In this document: positions 24,192 through 39,929 of the stretch, piece after piece
Position numbering within the stretch: position 1 is the stretch's first letter
How the letters are laid out: the number at the start of each line of letters is the position of its first letter
Origin: Hyphochytrium catenoides
Taxonomy: Eukaryota > Protista > Hyphochytriomycota
DNA: 62,217 nt
Assembly (NCBI GenBank): GCA_900088475.1
Contig: FLMG01002007.1
Location: 1 to 62,217 of the forward strand
Reading direction: 5' to 3'
Notes under the pieces: model-generated
Database searches by the model: none
Told to the model about the DNA's origin: nothing
Seen by the model: only the letters and a program-made list of their open reading frames with translations
Position numbers and translations under genes: made by a program

Positions 24192-25784
24192 TCAGCTAGA
24201 AGGCAGAGGAACTTTCTGCCTTACTTCAGATCCTTTTTCCTTACCATCTTCTGCTTTGAAGTCATGTTGGGGTGGAGGTTTCGAGTTAGGATTGCTGCTG
24301 TCATTCTCTCCTCCACTGGATGTAGAGAGTTTCCTTTTGATGCCGATCTTGACTGCAGCGTCGGGCGGAACTATCATCGCTGTTTGTCTTGTCCTGGCCC
24401 TTCCCTCCTTGCTTTCATTGGGATCAGTCTCCTTGTAGAGCCGAAGATAGAATTTTTGGGCATGCGTCCTCACTTGCGTAGGAGTTCGCGTCTTAACGTA
24501 ACCAGCGATCGCCTTCACGTCTTTCGGGCCATATCTATGCAACAGCGCACCAAGGATGGGCGTTAAAAGAAGTGGTTTAGCCAGGAATCCGTCACTGACA
24601 GTCTGCAAAGGGACCTCAATCCCCAGCTTCTGCCATGTCCCTCTCGTGTTCCAGGTGTCTCTACCTCTGCTGCCGGCCTTCGCTCTATGCCCTTGATTCT
24701 TTTTTTTACCCTCATGTCGGTGCCCTTCCTCAGACCATTTAAGACCTACTAGTTCCTGGTCGTCGCAGTCCCAAAAGAGGTCCACTACAGCTACAAGTCG
24801 GTCACTCACTTCTCCAGAGCTTCCAGAAATCGCTGATGCTCTGCTGGAGTCCAATAACGGCTCTGTGAGATAATAGAAGCGTCCGACTTCTCCTTTCCAT
24901 TGCCACCTGCTGGGCGAGCTCCCGACTGGGGTCGAGCCGTATGAGAGCTGATGTTTGCCTTCAGAGTCTTGGTCTTGGCAGGTTGCGCCTGGCTCGCAGG
25001 AGGCTTGACAACAGCCACGGGAGGCTTCTTATATGTTGCGACTGAGGCATTAGTGGCGGGAACAGAAGTGCAATCAGTAACAGGAGGATAGACCGGAGAG
25101 TAAGTTGACCTTCACCATATTTTTTTGCCTCCTGGCTAGGCTTCGGTGTCGAGGTTTTGGGTGCAGATAATTTAGGCTGAGTTGACTTCTGGCTCTTCGG
25201 CGTGACCATAGTCAGCTTCTCTTTTAACCCTTTCAGCTCCTCGGAAGCACCCTGCAGTTCCTTTTCTAGCTGAAAGATGCGGTTTTGCTGCTGCAGCTAC
25301 ACATAGCAAGAGACATTTGTTCAGGTCGAGCACGTCTCCTTTGTACCCCAAAGAAGCGAGTCACAATGCTGAGTCAAAAGGGAGATATCTGGCAATCGGA
25401 GGAGATCAAAGAGCTCTATCGTCCAAGCTAGCCATTGGCACGAAGGGGAAGAAGTCAGGCAACGAACCAACAGATAGCCCCGCATAGTACTCTCTTCTTC
25501 CTCCGGCGGGGGTAAGGGCTCTGTTGGAAGCCTGTGGGGATGGGAATGTATGCAAAATTGGTCGTAGAAGTGCTCGTAGTCCGCTCTCCCATAGCTGTTG
25601 CCATTGTACCCTGAGGTGGTCATGCAATAAGTACGTTGCCAGAGATCATTGCTAATGTGAGTCCTCTTGGCGACTTACGTTTGTTGGCAGTTGTGCTCCC
25701 TGTATACCCTTCAAAGGAGTGCTGCTGCGTGTAAGGAAGAAAGAGCTCTTCATGCAGCTCTTGGGGGAACTCCTGGGCCATCAT
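24192..25784 (-). CDS. Single-repeat Myb transcription factor, SHAQKYF class, with an upstream coiled coil
   Basis: SRYWTPAEHQRFLEALEK|YGPKDVKAIAGYVKTRTPTQVRTHAQKFYLRL. Upstream exon QQQNRIFQLEKELQGASEELKGLKEKL. Putative start MMAQEFPQEL at 25784 (5' end uncertain). Confidence 0.85.
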
Positions 25785-26988
25785 TGTAGGGAGGGCGAAC
25801 GAAACGTCCCCCTTCCGATGTGTTGAACCCAGAGGCTTACCCAGAGGCTTGGGAATGCTTTACTCAGGCAAGAGAACCTGCTGTTAACCTCCAGGTGAGC
25901 TACCCCCTCGCTACTACCGGTTACCGGTGAAGGTCTGCTTCAGATAAAGGCTGAGATATTAGCTGTCATGGCTCTGTCCAAGATCGGGCTTCGGGGGCGA
26001 GGTTCGCTGATTGCTACTTCCCCGGCGCTCCAACACCTGTGCACCAGCGGTACGTGTCTTCTAAGGGCGCCTCCACTTCTGACGAAAGGGTACAGACATG
26101 GTACCGCAGCAAAGAGCGCGGTAAGGTTGATGAAGACGCGGCGGTGTTGAGAAAGGCAGCCTAGGATAGATAGTTTGACCTGCAGCGTACGTGGAAGTCG
26201 TTTTTTAGAAGAGATGCTGAGATTTTGATGCTTCAACTTGCGCCTTTTTGCAGAGATGTGGAGCTCAGCCAAAAGAACAGATGCTGTGTAAAGAGACAGG
26301 CATGACTAAAGGGAGGGAGAGATAAAAAGAGAGAGAGAGAGAGAGAGAAAGAGAGACAGCGAGGGAGAAAGAGAGAGAGAGAGACAAAGGAGAGAGAGAA
26401 TGAAGAAGAGCTGTCTTAGAAGATAAAGGTAGAGACAGAGAGTATGAGAGATAGGGCTTCTGCGAAAGAGAGAGAGAAAGGAGGCGAAGAGAAAGAGTAG
26501 TCAAGAGATCTCATTATTCTCTCTTCCAGATTACACTTCAGAACACCCTCCATTAGGGACAAGAGATCTCTAGGCAGGGCTAATACCTCGCTTTTACCTT
26601 TCTATCAGGGCCACTGAATCATCAGAATGTGGCATCTCCAGTAACCAGATCTCTGCAACCGATTGATTCGATCTCTATGATTCTTTTGCGGCGCCTTTCA
26701 CTCTGTGGTGGATTTGGATGCTTTGCTTTGCGGTCAAAACCAATAAAGCAAGCTCAATCACAGAGTCTGCAGATCGGTTCATTAGAGGCCGCCAGATGAA
26801 GCTTCCGCCATAGGAAACGGGGAGCAGGACCTCGTACTTTCTAGTAAAGGAGGATGCAAAGCTGTTGAAATCGTCACTCTTGTACACCTTGCCATTAACT
26901 TGCAGAAGTGCGATTGGCGGTGTTGGAGGCATAAGAGGTCCCTACGTAGGACGAAAGCTTGGCCAGCAAAGGCCCTTTTTCAGAAACC

Positions 26989-31772
<4,784 letters not shown>

Positions 31773-32193
31773 GCTTCTTGCAAGTGTCAATATATATTTA
31801 TATCGTGTCCCTATACAGAAGATATCTGAAGAAGGTCAAGCCTACACTCCTAGCATGACTGGGTTGTAGCTTTCGACGCATAATCGTTATGAGGTTTTCA
31901 CACACTCTCTCTCCCTCTCTCTCACACACACTCTCTCAACCATACTCCTTTGCCCTCACTGCCCTGTCTAGCCACGCTCTAGCGTCGAGCAGTCCGTAGA
32001 TCCTCTACGTCGACGCTCCTCACTTTTTCAATAAATGCATAAGTTGCCCTTGACATTCCTTTTATTAGGTTCCTGGCAGATAGCAACTGCCAACACTGTC
32101 AACGAACGCTCAGACGTTAACTTTCAGCACTCATGGGACAGGTTTCTTCCCTCTCGTCCAATCTACCTCTCTCTCTCTTCCTTATCGCTCTTA

Positions 32194-33220
32194 CTAAGCG
32201 AGAACATATAGGCCTTGCACCTCTAGCTCTCTAATTCTCCTCATATCACTCTCTAGCGCCTGCTCGTCCTCATTGACGAGCACAATGCTGCCAGGATAAG
32301 TGAACATATCCACCGTCTTCACCAGCTTATCCCCAGGCTTGACGAAGATCTCTTTACAGACGAATGACCTCATCTTCTCTATTTCTGCCAATCCTGGGGC
32401 AGAGGCCACTACTCCTTCAGAGTAGGACACAAGTGTGGCCTCTCTTCCGTGAGCTTTGAAGGGTGGAATGATAGAAGGTAACGCCTTGAAGCCCTTAGGG
32501 TCGAGGTATGCATCAATGGTAGCAGAGACTTGGCTGTAGCCAATGCACCGCTCCACAATCTTGACGAATGTTCCCTCGCCTAGTCAACAGCGAAGACAGG
32601 AAGGTTAGTCAATTGGTTAACAAGAAGTCAACCATACAGGAGGCTAGGGTCTACGTCAAAAGAGAGACGGATGAGAAGCTCAGAGAAATCAGAGAGAGAG
32701 AGAGGGAGAGAAAATTGGACTATGACATGGCAGAGCCGGTACCTACCGCCATGGCATCTTGCCCCGACCTCTACGAGGCACGGGCTCCCGTTAGAGAACT
32801 TGATCTCTGCGTGGCTAGGCCCGTTCCTAATGGCCAGTGCGTCTAGCACCTTCTTCTGATAGTCCACCAGGGCTTGCACCACCTTATCATCGGCCTGCCG
32901 GAGCTTTGTGCCAAAGTATACAAAGGCTACACGGAAGACGCGGGAGTTAGATAAAAGAGAAAAAGACAGAGGGAGAGAGACGGTAGAGAAGGACTAGCAT
33001 TATTTTTGGGCATAAGGCAAGAGAGAGGCTCTTACCTGCTCCATTGACGGCGCGCTTGTCGTACTGGGAAAGCAGAAGAAGAGCGAAGATGTGGTAAGAA
33101 AACGTTAGTTAGCCTATGGTCTGGACTCTGAGTTTCTAGCTGAATCAGTTTCCTTTTCTCTCTCTCTCTCTCTCTCGCTCTCTCGCTCGCTCGCTCTCTT
33201 ACTTACTCTCTTTCTCTTTT

Positions 33221-33252
<32 letters not shown>

Positions 33253-35362
33253 CCTCTCCTCCCCACACTCTCTCTGCTCTTTCTTTGGGGTCACCTCCTC
33301 TATTCAGACTTACCTCCCAGACTGCAACGACTTTATGGACGCCATCTCTGCTGACACAGTCAACTACGTACTCAGTGCCTGCAGGAGTCATGATGGGGCC
33401 AAAGAAGACAGATAAGGAAGTCACTCCAAGAGAGGCCACTATGCCCAGAGGGGGCTTCTCTGTCTTTCTCGTACCATTCTCCACGCACGCGCTCTCTCCC
33501 TTTCTCACCTACAAGTTTTCTCTACTTCACACTCTCTTCCACAATTTCATCTTTAATATTGCACTTTTTCTCTCTCTCTCTCTCTCTCNNNNNNNNNNNN
33601 NNNNNNNNNNGCCAGCATCACACCTTCAAGGTATTCCTGCAAGAGAATAAAGGTGTTCTTGATACCAAGCCCATTCGTTTTGCCTAACATCCTCTTGAAA
33701 GCCGCCCTCACCTCATCAGGCGATTGGCAGAGAATGACATCTGACAAGAAAAGAAAGAAAGAGGAGGGAGAGAAAGAGAGGGAGAAGAGAATGGGTCCCA
33801 AAGAAAGCAAGCCATGGGGTTAGCTCTTCTGGACAACACCTGATGTAGAGAGAGACCGAAGACATACCGTCGGTGCCTGCGCTCTCAGGCGGCTTTACAA
33901 CGATCTTAAACGGACTGGGGTTATGCTCCTTCATGAAGACTTCCACGTCATCCAGGGACAGGCAGCTGAGGATGAAGAGAGGTTGAGAAAAGCAAACAGG
34001 AGATTAGGAATTGGTGTGGGGAAGAGAGAAGGAGATCAGCAAATGAGAGCGGAAGATGCTACCTACAGCACAGCAAGACAGAGAGAGCGGAAAGAGCGAG
34101 AAACAGAGAGAGAACAAGAGAGAGAACAAGAGAGAGACAAAGAGAATAGACCTTAAGAGAAACTGTCGGGGCAGACTAAGGGGAAAGAGAGGAGAACAGA
34201 GCAACGGACTAGATTGAAACAAGCCTACCGCTTCTGCTTAACTGCTCTCAAGCCAGCGTTCCTCACTGCTTCTCCCATAANNNNNNNNNNNNNNNNNNNN
34301 NNNNNNNNNNNNNNNNNNNNNNNNNNNNNNNNNNNNNNNNNAGCTTATCACACACGAGGACTCCCGTCTCTGCGCCAGGAAGGACTGCGGAGATTGTCAC
34401 GCCAAGGCGCTTGAGCCTCGTCGCTGTGTCCGTGATGTCTCCTCGGTGGTCGATGATGGCATGGTAAGTCAGGGTCAGGCCCGCTGGTATCATGCTGGCA
34501 AGGGACTTCATCTTCTCGAGAGTGTCGCTGAGAAGGCAGGAGACTCAGAAAAGAGAGACGGCAAAGGACGTGTGGGGAAAAGAAGAGAGGAAGACAGTGT
34601 CCGAAATCTCGCACGAGAGAAAGCTGAGCGGCAAAGAAACGTTTGCGTCTAATGAGGAGTTCTGAAGAACAGAGTAGATTGAAGACACAGGGAGAAAACA
34701 TCAGATCGCTCCTTCCCAACCTGTAGACACAGATAACATGGTAGCCTCGCTCTGACAGCTGAGCAGCGAGAACAGCTCCGGTAGAGAACGGGTCAACAAC
34801 CGCCACATATTCCTAAGAGGAAGTACGTCAGTCGGAGAGCATGGGAACAAGAGAAGAAGGCGGGATGATGTATAGGGAGAGAGCGAAGAGAAGTGGGAGA
34901 CAAGACAGACACAGAGAGAGACGATCTGACACGCCGAAGCTATGAACAGACTAAGAGCGGCAAACCACCTGTTCATGCTTCACAGCTAGGGCGGCTTTGA
35001 CTTCAAAAAGAGCTCCGTCCTTGGTGAGCTGATGAATCTTGTCATAATCTGCCTGCAGCTGTCTGAGCTCCTTGTGGACGAGCTGTACAGAGCCAGGCGA
35101 GGTGAACAGGTCAACGGTAATGGGCAGTTTCTCGCCCTGGTGGGAGTGAATGTCATCTTCAACGAAGGAAGTGAGAGAAGAGACTTTGTCTTTGTTCACT
35201 TTGTCCACCAGTCCTTCCTGGTAGTTCACCAGTTGGCACGTAGCTGCGTGGTAATGAAGAGTTCCTGGACGGGAAGGTAAGGCAGCCCATTTGGGACGAT
35301 CTAGATAGGCGCTGACTGCTGCGGTGACCTGAGAAGACGATGTCAGAGCCCGAGCGAAAGAA

Positions 35363-35393
<31 letters not shown>

Positions 35394-38054
35394 CAAATAG
35401 AGTAAGCGGCTTATTAAGACTGAGATGGACAAGACCACAGAGAGAGACAGAGAGACGAGGAGGGAGAGAGAGAGAGAGAGAGAAAAGAAGAGGCAGACAG
35501 AGAAAGAAAGAGAGAGCGATATTCTACCTGGTTGTAGCCGATGCACTTATTTACAATGGGAATAAACGCCCCACAGTTGCCGTGGCAACGAGAGCCAACC
35601 TGCGGGATGATAGCCTTTCAATAACGAGATGAGTTGACAAAAGAGTGTGAGAGAGGTTCATACCTCCACAAGGCAAGGCTCGCCTCTCACAAACTTCAAC
35701 TCTGCGTGAGCTGGGCCATTCTTTACTCCCAGCGCCGTGAGGACCTTGAGCTGATAGTCAATGATCTTGGCAATAGGTCCGTATTCTGAGGAACTGCAGT
35801 AGAGAGAGATGATAGAATGTGATGGGAGAAGGACAGAGAAAGAGATTGTTACTCATCACTCTTTGAGGTTGTCAGTTCTATTCAGAGGGAAACGCACCGG
35901 AGCCAGGTCCCAAAGTAGACGAAAGCTGAGCCATTGACCTCGCGCTTGTCATACTGCACCGGCAAAGGTTGATTAGGTTCTCTCTAACAGTAGGCAGGCG
36001 CTTGCTTTCTTATCTCTGTAGAGGTTTGTTCTGCCTTCAACTCCTCTCTTTCACTCTGACCAGTGAACCTACCTCCCAGACAGCGATGACTTTATGCTGT
36101 CCATCAACTGAGACAGTGTCAACCACTGCGACGACGAAAGATAGCAAGCAGAGAAGTCGTCAGAGAGGTATCAAAAAACAAAGGAAAAGAACGCAAGATC
36201 TGTGCCTCTTCATCTTCCTGTTCACCAACCAGCCTCTCTCTCTCTCTCTCTCTCTGTTTTCTCTCTCTTATGTGCAAGTCTTTCTCACTTACCATATTCT
36301 GTTCCCTCCAGGAATTCTTGGACGAGGACTGCTTCGTTGCTCAACCCTAGTCCGTTTATCTTCCCCATGATGCAGCCAAAGGCTTCTCTCACTTCATCCA
36401 CGCTGGTGCATTTGAAGACATCATCGGAACCTAAAGATGAGGCAGGTCAGAGCAGGAAGAGTTCGATGTGGGAAGACGAGCTAGAGAAGGAAGAGAATAG
36501 AAGGAGACAGAAGGCACTGTCCGCAAAGCGAGAGAGGCTTATAGGTGACCTGCGCTGTTAACAGGCTTAACGACCACTCTAAAGGGCTGTGGATTCCAGT
36601 TGTCTAGGAACTCTTGGACATCTGACCAAGTCCGGGCGAGCTTCTGGTTGACAGCTCTGAGGCCTAAGCCAAGAGATCGGGTAAGTGATCGGCAACACCC
36701 TCACATCTACTGCCCGAAAGCGGTAGGAGATGCAGCGGTCCCTTGACGAACTGTGGCTTTTTGCCAAAATAGAGTCTCACCTGCGTCTCTGACAGTCTCT
36801 CCCATCAGGTATTTGTTCCTCCTAGCCTCACTCTGGGCCGTCCCATTGCCTCTGAGGCCTAGCCTCTCGGCCAGTATGTCATTCAAAATGACCCCAGTCT
36901 CAGCTCCAGGAATGCAAGCGATGATCTCAAAGGGCAGACGAAGGAGACTGCGGACAGTCTCCGAAAGGGCCTAGGGGAAAGAATAGCTCAGTTCCCCTGC
37001 AGATTGAATAAGAGAAAGAGCCAAGAAGATGGCCTTTGATAGCATAGCGGCTTATAGCAAGAAGAGAGGGGCAGAGTTGCTTTGAAGGCGTCATCTCTGA
37101 CGTGCTGGGTGAGTGCCTACTCTTGTTGTGCATCTAAGTTCTTTGTCTCATTAAAAAGTGCCTCACCTGCTCCTTAGGCTTGGTTCCGTCATGATAGATG
37201 ACTTTGGCATACTTAACCTTAAGGGCATCGGGCACTCGTGCGGCTAGCTCCTTCATCATCTCAGTAGTGTCACTCCAGACGCAAATCACCTCGTACCCGC
37301 GGTCGCTGACTTCCTTTGCCACACAGAGCCCTGATACAGAGCAGCACCGCAAGTAAAGAGGGAGAGGGAGTGGGAGAGAGAGAGAAAGAGAGAGAGTTAG
37401 AGAGCAAACAGGGTAAATAGACGAAAGAGAATTGCTCGCGCTTACCGGTTGAGAAAGGGTCAGTCACGACCACGGCCTTCTTCTTACTCTCTACGGGAGC
37501 CTTCTTCGTAGAGGAAGAAGAAGCTGCCCTGGAGGCAGCAGCGAAGATAGAGTTCGCATTCCTGGGAGAGTTCCGTGGGGAGATGACGAGGCTGGTCAGC
37601 TGGAGCCGCTTGGCCTCGACATTGAAAAAACGCCTAGGCGGAGGCAGAGAGGTAGCGTCAGATAGGTTGCATCTAATCCCTACGAACTCGCTCTCTTGTT
37701 CTCTCTCCCTTTCTCTCTCTATATGAATCTCTCTTACTGTCCAAGTCCACACGGTGTGGGCACCTTGGTGCCTGTCCTCAGGTCTACCTCCTCTTGCCCA
37801 TTTTACCTCCCATGTGCTGTCCTCTGTCTGCCAGCGGCGTGCTTTGCATTCACTTCTTACCTGTAGAGGAAGTCGTCCAGAGTGAGGTTCCTAAGCGCGC
37901 TGGTAAGCCCATTGTCGAGAGAAGAGTTCGCCCTTCTCCTCTCTGCCTCCTCCAGGGCGTCCGGCCGACGGCTATCCGTAGCAACGGCGAGAGTTTGCCT
38001 TCTTCGCTGTTGCTCGGTGGAGGTCTTGTTGGCATTCTTAGCGTTGCGATCCAT
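32194..38054 (-). CDS. Tandem double ATP-grasp protein, L-amino acid ligase-like (BacD/DdaF-type)
   Basis: Two full repeats carry VVDPFSTG, PGAETGV, (RRNKYL)MGE.VR.AGL, KP..SAG(S/T)D.V, QE(F/Y)LEGTEYVVD.VS.DG.HKV.AVWE|YDKR.VNG, NGP.HAE.KF..G.PCLVEVG(S/A)RCHG, CIGY.QV and TVD.FT.PGS. The repeats are joined in frame by an intron (HEQ|EYVAVVDPFSTG). Gaps at 33589 and 34281 hide short parts. Confidence 0.88.
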
Positions 38055-39929
38055 CACTGCGTGGGAAGGTTAAGGTCAAGGCACAAAGTTAACTCTTCGC
38101 TTTGTGGCGTCCTCTTGTTCCTGGAGATTGATTAGTGAGAGGTGTTGGAGAGCAGAGAGGGTAGGAACTGCAGCTTCACATCTCGAGTCCTCGCCTTAGC
38201 ATCTCCTAAGAGCGGGTAAGAGTAGCAACCCAGGGACATTGGAGCAGGATTTGCGGCGGCTCCCAATCAGCCGCCTCTCTTCCCTCATAAGCCCTCTCTG
38301 TTATCCTACCCAGCATCCATCCCTTTGCCTCTGGTCTGCCTCTCTTTTATGTCTCCCCTATCTTCCTTTCTGTATCCCTCTCATCCCTCAGTCTTTCTTT
38401 GTCGCCCTACCTCATCCTTGCTCTTTGCTCTGCCTTCTTCATTGGCCCTTCTTCTACATAGACGCGTGGGTCGTTCANNNNNNNNNNNNNNNNNNNNNNN
38501 NNNNNNNNNNNNNNNNNNNNNNNNNNNNNNNNTCCTCCTCCCCCTCACATCTTCTTCTGTCTTGATGGGCAGCACCAATCCATCATCTGCGGGAAGCTTT
38601 CCAAAAGGTAATATTTCCAAATACTCCCAGCTATTTATTAGCACCAGGATCAGCGGAAGTATTCAAACCTTACATTCCTAGAAATTTCCCGAACCTAGGT
38701 CGACGAGGGGAGGTTCACTTCTTCAGTGGTCATACGGATTCATAATTCTATACTGCACATCCAGCATAGATTATAGCCTGATGCGCTATATCAGGGATTT
38801 AGGGTATCTATATCTTCAGGTCACAAGACAGTAACCGACGGGCAGACTGAAGAGACATCATGATGGGAGCCTCACAGGAAGGAGAGAGGAAAGAAAGAGA
38901 GAGAGAAAGAGGGAGAGAAAGAGAGAGAGAGAGGAAGAGGCAGAGAAAGAGAGAGAGAGGAAAGAGAGAGAGAAGGAGTGACAGGAGGAGGACCGACACA
39001 GAAAGGTACGGTTAGGAAAGGGAAAGGAGACTCTGATGAATGGAGAATAGATGGGAAGTGATGAGAAGAGGGAGCAATATATATTGATGCATAAGGGCCG
39101 ATAACTTGTGTGAGAGAGGGAGAGAGAGAGAGATTGCAGACTAGATCTGGGTGAAGGAGTTTTGGTACTAAGGAGACAGTGGTTGATCCCACGGCATCGA
39201 CAAGAGTCGAAAGAGAGTGACACAAAGAGGGAAAGAGTGTGAGAAGCTAGGCTACGACTCCTCACCGAGTGCTTGACACCCTTCCGCAAGGGGCGTCAAA
39301 GGCGTGAGCTACCATTTTTCTTTTGAAAAGAGAGTATTTCTAAGATTTTCTGTCCTGGAAGATTTGCGCATAAGTTCATGAAGCTTCGGCACATGTCCAA
39401 GGTTGAGATGGTAAGCAGATGAGAATTAAAGCGGTCCTTCGAGCATCCGTAAGCCTTAGGGCTTATCGCTTATACGTTATAGGGACTAAGAAGCAGAGAT
39501 TGATATCCGTCTTGCTCTTCTGTTCGCCTCAGACGACGTCGTAAGTGGGTGTGACATCGCTAGTTACCTGCTGCATGACATTGGGGCAGCCTTGGTGATG
39601 AAGGAAAGAGCAATGGCCACTCGATCTGCAAGGCCACTGTCCTAAGTCTGTCATCTGTGGAGCCAAACCGTCATCAGTAGACCAAGGCATTTTTATTTAC
39701 ATCTGACTGAGTCTGTTAGGAAGCTTCACAAAGCTAATAACTTCGGGAGCTACCTGCAATATAGTCTCACACTGCTACAGAAGGCAGCAGAATAGGAGAG
39801 AGAGAGTGGGAGAGGGTAAAAGGGAGTCTCTCCTAACTGTCCTCGCCCAGACAATGCAGACAACTTCTGGATTGTCTGAGAAGACTGAAAGAAAGTTGGG
39901 ATAGGGAGAAGAAGTTGTAGATGCCCTGT

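Noticed and set aside
25940-26272. Minus-strand ORF with a KRRKLK NLS-like motif upstream of the Myb gene
   Set aside because: No ATG start and no convincing in-phase join to the Myb exons; may be UTR or promoter.
26701-26765. Imperfect hairpin (CTCTGTG...CACAGAG) between the Myb and CDC5L genes
   Set aside because: Short and bulged with no tRNA, snoRNA or miRNA hallmarks; compatible with chance.
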